This document shows, one piece after another, positions 9,367-18,051 of a DNA stretch of 64,000 nucleotides. The stretch comes from a virus. The notes below the pieces were generated by a model. It was not told the DNA's origin. It saw only the letters and a list, made by a program, of their open reading frames with translations, and ran no database searches. Numbering within the stretch: the first letter of the stretch is position 1; each line of letters begins with the position of its first letter. Position numbers and translations under genes: made by a program. The DNA lies in the IMG/VR virus record IMGVR_UViG_3300035070_002905, positions 1-64,000 of that record, one strand, 5' to 3'.

Positions 9367-9802
9367 TCTATTCGGTTTCTGGACATCAGTCACCCTGATT
9401 ATAATCCCACCGTTCTTCTTCCTGTCGTTCATCGTGATCGGCATTACTGAGACCTACCTAGAAGATGTATCTAATCGAGTCTATAAGGCTAGGCTGGCAC
9501 CGAAGTTCGAGAGCTTCTGCGGGCGAGTTGAAGATACGCTCGGTGGAGGTCTGACCATGACGCTATTCGCAATCGGCCTACTAGGTGCGCTTATGTGGGC
9601 GATCACCTTCGTAGTAGCCGGCCTGGCGTACTTTATGGATGACATCTCTACGGACTTCGTCGGCATGGTTGCCCTCATGGCAGAAGAGATGGCACCCTTC
9701 ACGGCCTGGGCGGTAATCGTCACGTCGGTACTAATCGCCATCCACCTACTACTGAAGAACTTCTTCAAGATCGTTAAGAAAATAGAGGACGCACTAAAAT
9801 GA
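9359..9802 (+). CDS. membrane protein (paralogue of next gene)
   Basis: MINLFGFW start; three TM segments. Confidence 0.7.
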   Translation: MINLFGFWTSVTLIIIPPFFFLSFIVIGITETYLEDVSNRVYKARLAPKFESFCGRVEDTLGGGLTMTLFAIGLLGALMWAITFVVAGLAYFMDDISTDFVGMVALMAEEMAPFTAWAVIVTSVLIAIHLLLKNFFKIVKKIEDALK

Positions 9803-10329
9803 TTAATCTACTTGGTTTCTGGTTCAACGTATCGCTTCTAACTGTAGTTCCAATGGTGATGCTAGCCATCTACCTAATGGAGCCGGCATGGCATCTACTT
9901 AACAAGGCCAGCGAAGGTCGCTATGACTGCGTTAAGATCCGCGAGTTCTACCGCTGGGTATGGATGACGGATGATTACCGCGGCCGCGGCCAGAGATTCC
10001 CTACGGGGTATGATAATAAGTGGGATGACTACTTCGGTCGCTGTATCACCATCGTCCTGAGTTCTCTTGCGGGTATTCTGATGATAGTAGTATCGGTAGT
10101 ACATAATATCGCATATCTGCAAGGTCATAGTATCATGTGGGGCGTCTACTATAAGAGTGCCTCTGCGATGACGGTCGGCTGGGTATCTACTATTGCAGAA
10201 GCCGCGTCTCCCTTCACTGGCTGGGTGGCATTGGCCTTAATGAGTACCGTAGGTGTGTACGGAGCACTTAAACTAGGATTCCGTATGTATTATTCTGTGG
10301 CCGATAAGCTGGCCGCTCTGGAGAAGTAA
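9799..10329 (+). CDS. membrane protein (paralogue of previous gene)
   Basis: MINLLGFW start; shared PFT(A/G)W motif. Confidence 0.7.
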   Translation: MINLLGFWFNVSLLTVVPMVMLAIYLMEPAWHLLNKASEGRYDCVKIREFYRWVWMTDDYRGRGQRFPTGYDNKWDDYFGRCITIVLSSLAGILMIVVSVVHNIAYLQGHSIMWGVYYKSASAMTVGWVSTIAEAASPFTGWVALALMSTVGVYGALKLGFRMYYSVADKLAALEK

Positions 10330-10725
10330 ATGGAAGGCCTAGCGTATTACCCTAAAGTGGAAGTGCGCTCGGCCCTAGCTAAAGTCGAGAAGCTTAAACT
10401 ACTAGCCGCCGAGTTGGTAGAACGAGCTGAAGATAAGGCTAAGGCCGAGATACAAACCGTAGGATGGATCTTTAAGAACGAGATCTCTCTGTACGACATC
10501 ATGCGCAGCGAACTCGGAGATAGCAATCCGTGTTTCTACAGTCGTATACTATTCGAGAATGGATTGATTACTCAGGACGAGTTCACCATCATCGACTTCG
10601 CGATTAGCGATTGGTTCCGCAGTAATAGCTTCGACCTTAAGCGTGTATTCGCCGATGGCCGTGACTGCTACCTACCGCCTAGTCTATCGAGCTTCATAAC
10701 GTCAGTGGAGAAGTTATGCGATTAG
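10330..10725 (+). CDS. hypothetical protein
   Basis: Packed ORF. Confidence 0.65.
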   Translation: MEGLAYYPKVEVRSALAKVEKLKLLAAELVERAEDKAKAEIQTVGWIFKNEISLYDIMRSELGDSNPCFYSRILFENGLITQDEFTIIDFAISDWFRSNSFDLKRVFADGRDCYLPPSLSSFITSVEKLCD

Positions 10726-10934
10726 TAAAAGTACGTCTGCGCAATAAGGAAGGTCAGCAGATCTTCCAGCACTTCCTAAGCACTTCGACTAGTAGCGATA
10801 AGATAAACCAGAAGGTGACTGAGCATTACGCCGAACGTCATCCTTCCTGGTCTATTCGTGAAGTTTATGAGGTCATTCCAGATCCTGAAGATATAATTGA
10901 AGTTTTTGGCGACGACCTCCAAAAGTTGGAGTAA
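10716..10934 (+). CDS. hypothetical protein
   Basis: GGAG RBS. Confidence 0.6.
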   Translation: MRLVKVRLRNKEGQQIFQHFLSTSTSSDKINQKVTEHYAERHPSWSIREVYEVIPDPEDIIEVFGDDLQKLE

Positions 10935-10949
10935 AATATAATTACCGAA

Positions 10950-11024
10950 GCGTACTTCGTATAGGGGTTATTACCTCTGCCTTCCAAGCAGATGACGCGG
11001 GTTCGATTCCCGCAGTACGCTCCA
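10950..11024 (+). tRNA. tRNA-Gly(TCC)
   Basis: Acceptor GCGTACT/AGTACGC; anticodon arm TCTGC-CTTCCAA-GCAGA; T-loop TTCGATT; CCA. Confidence 0.95.
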
Positions 11025-11025
11025 A

Positions 11026-11101
11026 GGCCCCTTAGCTCAGCGGTAAGAGCGCGCGACTCATAATCGTACGGTCCCCAGTTCAAATCTGGGAGGGGCCACC
11101 A
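11026..11101 (+). tRNA. tRNA-Ile2(CAT), lysidine type
   Basis: CAT anticodon; GGCCCCT/AGGGGCC acceptor and body resembling enterobacterial ileX; CCA. Confidence 0.85.
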
Positions 11102-11113
11102 ATAAGGATCTTT

Positions 11114-11290
11114 ATGAGAATCGTAAAGAAGACGAAAGAGTTTATCGTCACGGTGAATAGCAATGGATGCCATCAACGTATTAAACTTGATGAATTAGAC
11201 GAGTATATTAGAAAGCTCGTTGCATCTAAACGAATTGCTCCCGGTACCGTAGACGGTCGCCGAGGAGAATGTCTATGTTCGAAGCCCTAG
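11114..11290 (+). CDS. small hypothetical protein (58 aa) within tRNA cluster
   Basis: AAGGA RBS; MRIVKKTKEF...CSKP. Confidence 0.5.
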   Translation: MRIVKKTKEFIVTVNSNGCHQRIKLDELDEYIRKLVASKRIAPGTVDGRRGECLCSKP

Positions 11291-11345
11291 CGTTAATCGC
11301 TTTACTCTGGTTGGTATCAGTTACTATAGCCAGTAAGATGTACTA

Positions 11346-11555
11346 ATGAAATACAAGATGCAATTCATGGATGATGAACACGCTGAAAGAGCTTATGACG
11401 AGCTCACTTGTATTAAAGTATTAATGGGATCTGCGATAGCCGTAGACTTCCCGTATAGTTACGGTAACACCGTCAGTGAGATCATCAGTAGACACCGAGG
11501 ATACACCGACCAACTTACCGAACACGATTTAAGCGCCCTTAGCTCAGCTGGATAG
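11346..11555 (+). CDS. hypothetical protein whose 3' end overlaps tRNA-Arg
   Basis: ORF track; stop lies in tRNA D-arm. Confidence 0.5.
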   Translation: MKYKMQFMDDEHAERAYDELTCIKVLMGSAIAVDFPYSYGNTVSEIISRHRGYTDQLTEHDLSALSSAG

Positions 11556-11609
11556 AGCGCATCCCTCCTAAGGATGATGTCGCCAGTTCAACTCTGGCAG
11601 GGTGCACCA
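11533..11609 (+). tRNA. tRNA-Arg(CCT)
   Basis: Arm CATCC-CTCCTAA-GGATG; acceptor GCGCCCT/AGGGTGC; CCA. Confidence 0.92.
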
Positions 11610-11610
11610 A

Positions 11611-11772
11611 ATGGCGAGTGCGTGGTCGATCACAAAGTATGACGAAAGGAACAAAGTAGCGTAGGTCCCTCGGGCAGCGAAAGTAACAAAGTAGACGAAA
11701 CGTATCGAGATTCCGCGGCCTTTGCTGTGAGGAATACCATCTAGATCAATAGACTAGTGATACTTACAGCAC
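11611..11772 (+). ncRNA. candidate structured ncRNA with three ACAAAGTA repeats
   Basis: Spacer between tRNAs with closing stems and repeated octamer. Confidence 0.4.
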
Positions 11773-11776
11773 AAAC

Positions 11777-11851
11777 CGGGGCGTAGCTCAGCGGTAGAGC
11801 AGCTGACTTTTAATCAGTTGGTCGATGGTTCGAATCCATCCGCCCCGACCA
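11777..11851 (+). tRNA. tRNA-Lys(TTT)
   Basis: GCTGA-CTTTTAA-TCAGT; CGGGGCG/CGCCCCG; CCA. Confidence 0.95.
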
Positions 11852-11852
11852 T

Positions 11853-11928
11853 CCGAGATTAGCTGAGTTTGGTATAGCGCACCGTTTGGGACGGTGGGAC
11901 GCACGTTCGAGTCGTGCATCTCGGACCA
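11853..11928 (+). tRNA. tRNA-Pro(TGG)
   Basis: CACCG-TTTGGGA-CGGTG; CCGAGAT/ATCTCGG; CCA. Confidence 0.93.
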
Positions 11929-11934
11929 TTTTCT

Positions 11935-12009
11935 AGGGGATTAGCTCAGTTGGTAGAGCAGCGGATTCCAAATCCGTAGGTCAGGCGTTCGAGTCGTCTA
12001 TCCCCTGCC
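11935..12009 (+). tRNA. tRNA-Trp(CCA); 3' end encodes only CC
   Basis: GCGGA-TTCCAAA-TCCGT; AGGGGAT/ATCCCCT-G-CC, then next tRNA begins. Confidence 0.92.
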
Positions 12010-12085
12010 GCCGTTATAGCTCAGTAGGTAGAGCAGCTCACTTGTAATGAGCAGGTCCCGGGTTCGATTCCTGGTGACGGCACCA
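12010..12085 (+). tRNA. tRNA-Thr(TGT)
   Basis: GCTCA-CTTGTAA-TGAGC; CCA. Confidence 0.95.
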
Positions 12086-12086
12086 T

Positions 12087-12161
12087 ATCCCGTTCGTCTA
12101 GTGGTCAGGACACTACCCTTTCACGGTGGTAACACGAGTTCGAATCTCGTACGGGATACCA
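12087..12161 (+). tRNA. tRNA-Glu(TTC)
   Basis: CTACC-CTTTCAC-GGTGG; ATCCCGT/ACGGGAT; CCA. Confidence 0.93.
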
Positions 12162-12162
12162 T

Positions 12163-12237
12163 AGGGGTATCGCCAAGCGGTAAGGCCTCGGCTTTTGATG
12201 CCGATATTCGGTGGTTCGAATCCACCTACCCCTTCCA
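12163..12237 (+). tRNA. tRNA-Gln(TTG)
   Basis: TCGGC-TTTTGAT-GCCGA; AGGGGTA/TACCCCT; CCA. Confidence 0.93.
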
Positions 12238-12322
<85 letters not shown>

Positions 12323-12325
12323 CTT

Positions 12326-12350
12326 TAAAATATCCTTGAGCAATCAAGGA
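12326..12350 (+). promoter_or_regulatory. putative late promoter TAAAATA plus RBS-sequestering hairpin
   Basis: TAAAATA 12326-12332; TCCTTGA-GCAA-TCAAGGA stem covers the SD. Confidence 0.55.
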
Positions 12351-12357
12351 GATTTAC

Positions 12358-12738
12358 ATGGCAATAATCTACAATCCACCTGAGTGGACAGCAGGAGATA
12401 CGGAAAGTCTACAGTATAGAATTACCGATGAGTTTGGCGCTGCAATCGACATTACCGGATATACTGGTACAATGCAGGTTCGCAGTACGTTCGACGGTGC
12501 ACTAATCGCTACGTCGACAGGAGTACTTAACGTTGACGATTCGACTATCACGTATACATTCCCTCCGTTACAAACCGCTAACTTCCGTTCGACCGGCGCC
12601 GGCAACTATCTATACGATGCCGAAACCGTTTCACCGGATGGAGTTACAACCACAGACGTCCGAGGTACCATTGCAGTAGTAATGGATATCACTCGAGCAG
12701 CTGCAGCACCGGCCGGAACATTCGGAGGTCCTGTATGA
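12358..12738 (+). CDS. virion structural Ig-like protein (BppU N-terminal-like)
   Basis: GDT...IDITGYTGTMQVR...YLYD...G.I.V..DITR pattern typical of baseplate/tail Ig-like modules. Confidence 0.6.
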   Translation: MAIIYNPPEWTAGDTESLQYRITDEFGAAIDITGYTGTMQVRSTFDGALIATSTGVLNVDDSTITYTFPPLQTANFRSTGAGNYLYDAETVSPDGVTTTDVRGTIAVVMDITRAAAAPAGTFGGPV

Positions 12739-12927
12739 TCGTAATCATTCCTCGGGTAAAACAGACAGCAAGTATAATCGTCACGGCTAAACGTCGTGCA
12801 GTAATCATCTCGTGATACATCACTGCGTAACGCGACTTGCCGACTGGGCGGTCAGGAATTCCGAGACCAGATGGGTCTTTTGTGTGGAGCGTAAAACAAG
12901 GCTGATGGAATACCATCGAGAATAACT

Positions 12928-12953
12928 AAAAGGCTACCTTCGGGTAGCCTTTT
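12928..12953 (+). terminator. rho-independent terminator
   Basis: AAAAGGCTACC-TTCG-GGTAGCCTTTT. Confidence 0.9.
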
Positions 12954-12974
12954 CTCGTTCCTGGAGTATAGAAA

Positions 12975-13181
12975 ATGTTATTTGAACAAGCATTAGATAG
13001 AGTAGCAGAGTTATCTGCCGATAAGAAATACCGCGAGTACATGGGAGGCGCTCCTATTGCTCGTGGTTACAACCTAACTGAAGCTGGAGAGATCCTTGCA
13101 GATATCTACGGTTGGGATTCTAAGGAGACTACCGAGGATCTTCAGGCACGTGAAGACAAGCGATTCAAGGAGATGCTATGA
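12975..13181 (+). CDS. hypothetical protein
   Basis: GGAG RBS. Confidence 0.6.
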   Translation: MLFEQALDRVAELSADKKYREYMGGAPIARGYNLTEAGEILADIYGWDSKETTEDLQAREDKRFKEML

Positions 13182-13384
13182 TTCCGTTCATCTTTCGTAT
13201 CTTACTGTGTTGCGTAACATATCCCTTGGGATTGGCACTCTTCGTGTTCGTAATATTCGCCTGTGCCATGGCTGGAGAGTTCGGTCCAGGTATTCTAATG
13301 ATGATCCACCCTCGTGCTCACTATGAGTTCAACAAGGAGTGGACTGGTAATGTGTACAATTGGTTTAAAGAGGAAACAAAATGA
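13178..13384 (+). CDS. small membrane protein
   Basis: AAGGAG RBS; TM segment. Confidence 0.6.
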   Translation: MIPFIFRILLCCVTYPLGLALFVFVIFACAMAGEFGPGILMMIHPRAHYEFNKEWTGNVYNWFKEETK

Positions 13385-13719
13385 AAGTAATTCTTATAGA
13401 AGATTATGATGAGCACAAAGCAGGCGAGATCTTCTGGGATCTGGGTGCCACTCACTTCGGTCGCCTGGCAGCTCCGATGAGTCAAGTTAACAATGCCATC
13501 ATGGAGAATCTTAACGATGTAGATGAGTTCTACTCGATTCCCGCTCGACATATGAAGGCGTTCCTTCACAACATCATCGAGATTGATGGACGTGATATTG
13601 CCGTTACGGAAGAGCGCCTAGCAGAGATCCAGGCTCACTCCTCCAAAGCCCTATCTCACATGGAGTCTCGCGTCGAGTCTCTTAATGAATTTCAAGATAA
13701 GCTACATGGTGCCGTATGA
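13381..13719 (+). CDS. hypothetical protein
   Basis: ATGA coupling; GAGG RBS. Confidence 0.65.
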   Translation: MKVILIEDYDEHKAGEIFWDLGATHFGRLAAPMSQVNNAIMENLNDVDEFYSIPARHMKAFLHNIIEIDGRDIAVTEERLAEIQAHSSKALSHMESRVESLNEFQDKLHGAV

Positions 13720-14126
13720 AACTATTGATTGCTCTACTCATTCCATTCGCAGCTTCTGCCGGTATCAAAGAAACTCTCCTCGATGCTAATCCCGTGGTAA
13801 TCTGTACGCAGGAGCAGTACGAAGATGCTCGTACCTGGCAGGACTTGTGCGGTACTACTAGTAATAGTATCTCTAACAGCTACTGTACTCTAGTGGCCGT
13901 TAACCGTTACTGTGAACCTGCGACTCGTGTAGACGCCGCCGCTAGAGGTAGCCTGGCTCCCTCATTCCGCTCAGGTGGTACGATGAAGAACACCTATCTG
14001 GAAGCCCGTAAAGATTCAAACTGTGGCGCCGACGAGATCGTCGAAGCGTATAGCCAATGTAAAGTAGCCGGTGGTGAAGACTGCCTGGCTGAAGCGAAGA
14101 AAGTCCAACAACTAATCTGCGAGTAA
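13716..14126 (+). CDS. secreted Cys-rich protein
   Basis: Signal peptide ending ASA; eight Cys. Confidence 0.65.
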   Translation: MKLLIALLIPFAASAGIKETLLDANPVVICTQEQYEDARTWQDLCGTTSNSISNSYCTLVAVNRYCEPATRVDAAARGSLAPSFRSGGTMKNTYLEARKDSNCGADEIVEAYSQCKVAGGEDCLAEAKKVQQLICE

Positions 14127-14129
14127 ATT

Positions 14130-15074
14130 ATGTTCGATAAAATTCAAGAAATTAAAGGTTCAGACGATAACGTAATCAAGTATGTCTTCGAGACTACCGG
14201 TGATAGCCCTGCGATCTTCGAAGCGGTACTATACAAGTATCCTACCTACGAAGAGCGTACAGTAATGTGCGTTAGCAGCCAGTCAGGTTGTCCGATGGGT
14301 TGTACCTTCTGTGGTACCGGTAAGTTCTTTAACCGTAACGCTACCGGTGATGAGATCCTAGAGCAGGTCGGCTACATGGCCGCTAAGAATAACATCGCCC
14401 TGCGTGACGTGGAGAAGCTGCAGATCATGGTGATGTCAATGGGTGAACCGGTACTTAACGCCGAGAACCTAGATCATGCCTTCGCTAATATCTACGAAGC
14501 AGTTCCGAATGCACAGCTATTGATCTCTACTGCTGCACCGCGTTCAGATCTCGGCTGGAAGATCATCATGAAGATGTGTGAGCGTATCCCTACGATCGGC
14601 CTACAGTTCAGCGTACACGATTCTACCAATGAAGCCCGTGACCTGATCATGCCGATGCGTGCCAAGTTAACTCTAGAGCAAATCGCCGAGAAGGGTGTAG
14701 AGTTCTACGAGCGTACCGGCCGCCGTCCGTTCTTCAACTACTGTGCACATGCAGGTAATGCTACTGAAGCCGATGCTGCACGATTGGCTACTATGTTCAA
14801 CCCTGAAATCTGGGAGGCCACTATCAGTGTAATCTGTGAAGCCGACGAGACTATGGCCGATGCCGTACAGAACCAGGAAGATATGGTTAACGGATTCTCC
14901 GGCATGCTGGTAGAGCGTGGCTTTAATACCCGTGTATTCAACCCGGCCGGTCAAGATGACATCGGGGGTGGATGTGGGCAACTATGGCAGGTCCAGAAGT
15001 GGGCCGAAGAAAACCCTGAGCTGATGAAGCAGTCGGCTGGTAATAAATGCCTGGAGCGTCGTAATGATTCTTAA
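14130..15074 (+). CDS. RlmN/Cfr-family radical SAM RNA methyltransferase
   Basis: CVSSQSGCPMGCTFC, MSMGEP, SVH, DIGGGCGQL. Confidence 0.85.
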   Translation: MFDKIQEIKGSDDNVIKYVFETTGDSPAIFEAVLYKYPTYEERTVMCVSSQSGCPMGCTFCGTGKFFNRNATGDEILEQVGYMAAKNNIALRDVEKLQIMVMSMGEPVLNAENLDHAFANIYEAVPNAQLLISTAAPRSDLGWKIIMKMCERIPTIGLQFSVHDSTNEARDLIMPMRAKLTLEQIAEKGVEFYERTGRRPFFNYCAHAGNATEADAARLATMFNPEIWEATISVICEADETMADAVQNQEDMVNGFSGMLVERGFNTRVFNPAGQDDIGGGCGQLWQVQKWAEENPELMKQSAGNKCLERRNDS

Positions 15075-15417
15075 GATTGAAAGTAGCTGTGAATGCGAGC
15101 CTCTCTATCAGCAACACGAAGAAGGCTGGTGGTACTCGGTAGATGCAGGCGACTTGGGTCTTCCCGACCGCCTGGTTAACGCGATAGATGATTGGGCTGG
15201 ACAGCGCTGTATGTTCAACTCCTCTCTGCCATTCGTCGGCGAACTCCTAATGACTGAAAGTCAGCAGAAGGAGATCGACCGTCTGAACGGTATAGCTGCA
15301 GGTATCGCCGAGCTAGTCAAAGCCATCTTCCCTGAGTGGGTGGTATTCTTTAACGATTCAGTAGTTATGGAGGCTGAGTATGACGAGTTACAGGCTCTTC
15401 CGCAACGAAAGCGGTAA
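15064..15417 (+). CDS. hypothetical protein
   Basis: Packed ORF; GGAG RBS. Confidence 0.6.
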   Translation: MILKIESSCECEPLYQQHEEGWWYSVDAGDLGLPDRLVNAIDDWAGQRCMFNSSLPFVGELLMTESQQKEIDRLNGIAAGIAELVKAIFPEWVVFFNDSVVMEAEYDELQALPQRKR

Positions 15418-15619
15418 GTTTAACATCCAGTATAAGACCCGCTGGTGGCCTTTCTGGAACTTCCTTCGACTGCTGAAGAAGCATAATCGTAAGGTAGATC
15501 CGATGTTCGGTAGCGATATGGACTCCACTAAAGCCGAGGGTACTCGTGAGGAGATGATGGAGATCATCGATAACCTTACTAAAGTTGGTCCAGAGCAGGA
15601 GGTATTCCATGCAAACTAA
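15380..15619 (+). CDS. hypothetical protein
   Basis: GGAGG RBS; IQYKTRWWPFW motif. Confidence 0.6.
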   Translation: MTSYRLFRNESGKFNIQYKTRWWPFWNFLRLLKKHNRKVDPMFGSDMDSTKAEGTREEMMEIIDNLTKVGPEQEVFHAN

Positions 15620-15793
15620 AACGGTGTGCCAGAAGTGCGTCGACGGGTACGGCGATGAAGAGATGATGCTAGGGATGTGCTGCGGCCTTCCCTTGGTTCA
15701 AGTCCCGTGGACTGAAGAGGATTACGAGAATGAGCGTAAGCGCGAAGTAGCTCGTAAGAACATTCTTGAAGCGGCTAAGAAGATGGGCTGGTA

Positions 15794-16216
15794 ATGGCTA
15801 AGAAGAAACTGAATCCGATCGCTGCGTATATCGCGCACTGTATCGAATGGGCTCGTATCTGTCGTGAGACGGTTTACGGTAAGAAGATCTTGATTAACGG
15901 TGAAGAGGTCCAGCTGTTTAACTTCGACCTCGATAAAGAGTTCGACTACCACTGCCCTACTCGCTCCGACTCTATCAAGATCAAGGGTGAGTATCGTGGC
16001 TCTGGTACATACAAGGCGTACTATCTCCTTGCCTGTGCCGAGCGTTCAGAGCGTGAAGCAGAACTGCTAGAGCATCAAGGGTTCCTAGAGGAGCTCGAGA
16101 TCCTGGCTATTCGCTGTAACTATAAGGACGGATCTGATCTGATCCGGAAGTCAATGCATTATGATGAAAGTGCTCAAGAGCTTCGCGACAAGCTGTTTGC
16201 GTTGTTTATGCTATAA
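15794..16216 (+). CDS. hypothetical protein
   Basis: TAATG coupling. Confidence 0.6.
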   Translation: MAKKKLNPIAAYIAHCIEWARICRETVYGKKILINGEEVQLFNFDLDKEFDYHCPTRSDSIKIKGEYRGSGTYKAYYLLACAERSEREAELLEHQGFLEELEILAIRCNYKDGSDLIRKSMHYDESAQELRDKLFALFML

Positions 16217-16226
16217 GGAAATTCCC

Positions 16227-16460
16227 ATGACACTAGATGAGCTATGGACGGCTCTAGGAAGTCATGACTGGTACTATGATATGTCGGAGGATCCTACCGT
16301 CTATCGTGCCGGTCGTGCAGAAGGAGGTCGCCTGTTCGCGGCCTCTGGACAATCTGAAGAGCATATGCAGATGTATATCGCTTACCAAAAATTCGTATGG
16401 GGCAACGGCCCTGAACCAAAGAGAGAAGACTATGTTTACAGTAACGACTTACTTGCGTGA
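16227..16460 (+). CDS. hypothetical protein (HDWYYDMSED motif)
   Basis: AAGGA RBS before MTLDEL. Confidence 0.6.
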   Translation: MTLDELWTALGSHDWYYDMSEDPTVYRAGRAEGGRLFAASGQSEEHMQMYIAYQKFVWGNGPEPKREDYVYSNDLLA

Positions 16461-17265
16461 TAATACAATCGTTGAAGAAGTAGAAACCTTCACATTCCCT
16501 GGCGGCGAAGTACAAGTGCGCCTTCCTCTACGTCCGTCAGATGAAGATCCTGTCGAGTGCGTGATCTCTGCTCAGATGATGCGTCCGGAAGATGCGTTCA
16601 CTCTGGCCCTAGTTAAAGGTGCAGTAGAAGCCCGCTACCCTGGCGTAGATATTAGCCTGCGTATGGCTTACGTTCCGTACGCTCGTCAGGACCGTGTATG
16701 CGTTGAAGGTGAGGCTCCGGCTGCACGAGTATTCTGTGAGTTCATTAACTCGTTGAATTTCCGTACGGTTAACATCATGGATCCTCATTCAGATGTAGTC
16801 GGCGCGGTACTAGATCGAGTGGTCATTACCGACCGCAACGATGTAATCCCTGGGACTTCTTTCGGTGAGATGATGCTGCACATCGAAGACGCTGTACTGG
16901 TTAGTCCGGATGCCGGCGCTAATAAGAAGACGTTCGAGCTGGCGTACGATTTAACCGTGCCGATGATTCGTGCCGATAAGAAGCGCTGTGTACGTACCGG
17001 CGATATCCTTGAGACGGAAGTCTTCGGTGATGTAGAAGGTAAGGTCTGCTTCATTGCAGATGATATTGCCGATGGCGGTGCTACATTCATGTTCCTTGCG
17101 CGTGCTCTGAAAGAGAAGGGTGCTGCAGAGGTTCACCTATGGGTTACCCACGGTATCTTCAGCAAGGGCGTAGAGTATCTGTTCGCGGATATCGATACGA
17201 TCCACACAACTAACTCATGGCCTCAAGATGAGATCTCTGGCCTACACGTAGAGGAAATCGTATGA
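16432..17265 (+). CDS. prs: ribose-phosphate pyrophosphokinase-like protein (candidate ADPR-PP synthetase)
   Basis: FPGGE, YVPYARQDR, DPHS, SPDAGA, DDIADGGATF, VTHG; start taken at MFTVTT. Confidence 0.9.
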   Translation: MFTVTTYLRDNTIVEEVETFTFPGGEVQVRLPLRPSDEDPVECVISAQMMRPEDAFTLALVKGAVEARYPGVDISLRMAYVPYARQDRVCVEGEAPAARVFCEFINSLNFRTVNIMDPHSDVVGAVLDRVVITDRNDVIPGTSFGEMMLHIEDAVLVSPDAGANKKTFELAYDLTVPMIRADKKRCVRTGDILETEVFGDVEGKVCFIADDIADGGATFMFLARALKEKGAAEVHLWVTHGIFSKGVEYLFADIDTIHTTNSWPQDEISGLHVEEIV

Positions 17266-18041
17266 GCCTAGCTAAACTTAAGGAAGCCTTTGGGAACGAC
17301 GGCGATGCACCTCTTAGTAGCCTACTTCGCCATAAGCGTTACATGGAGATCTACCCTTTCATCTATATCGAGAAGGGGTTGGCTCGTAAGGAGTTAGAGC
17401 TTAACATGGTCCTCTGTAAGTCTAAGGAAGACCTTGAGTACAGCGAAGAGCATGGCCATATGATGTACGTCGGGTCTGGTCGTCATGAATTCAAAGTGAC
17501 TACCTGTACGGCAGATGATCAGGCCGAGTTCGACGAGTTCGTAGAAGGCTGGTACAATACGGCCGACCTTCCTCGACCTGATCCTATGGTTCCAGTCGTC
17601 CAGGATATCATCGATCTACCGGTACTCAGTACTCGTACGATCGGCGAGGTAGCTATGGCCTTCGACGACGATGTACTATTCGACATTCAGTACTCGGCTA
17701 CGCAGTCGATCTACGAAGAGCATCCTGATGTTAAGATCGAAAAGATCATGCAGTACACTACTGAGTACGGTAAGTACGGCCAGGAAGTCTACCGTCTAGC
17801 TTACTTCGGTAAGGTGTTCGGATTCCTTACTAGCTCTGGTAAATACCTAGATACATACACTGCGTATATTCTAGACGAGCACACTTATAAGTGTTTCTGT
17901 ACGATGCTCGAAAATGAATACTGGGAGAAAGACGAGTGGACTGGTACCGCTGAACTTACTCCCGACTCTCCACTAACATTCTTAAGCGACCAACTGCTAG
18001 ATGCTCTAGCGGAAGGCGACTCAATCGATCAAACTCATTAA
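17262..18041 (+). CDS. hypothetical acidic protein between the prs-like and nadV-like genes
   Basis: ATGA coupling. Confidence 0.75.
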   Translation: MSLAKLKEAFGNDGDAPLSSLLRHKRYMEIYPFIYIEKGLARKELELNMVLCKSKEDLEYSEEHGHMMYVGSGRHEFKVTTCTADDQAEFDEFVEGWYNTADLPRPDPMVPVVQDIIDLPVLSTRTIGEVAMAFDDDVLFDIQYSATQSIYEEHPDVKIEKIMQYTTEYGKYGQEVYRLAYFGKVFGFLTSSGKYLDTYTAYILDEHTYKCFCTMLENEYWEKDEWTGTAELTPDSPLTFLSDQLLDALAEGDSIDQTH

Positions 18042-18051
18042 GGAAATCATC

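Noticed and set aside
11026-11101. tRNA-Met/fMet call for the CAT tRNA
   Set aside because: No C1:A72 mismatch or three G-C anticodon-stem pairs; the body resembles Ile2
11611-11772. tmRNA, hammerhead or HDV-like (theta) ribozyme
   Set aside because: No tRNA-like ends or tag ORF, no CUGANGA core, and I could not build an HDV-type double pseudoknot by eye; kept only as an unknown ncRNA candidate
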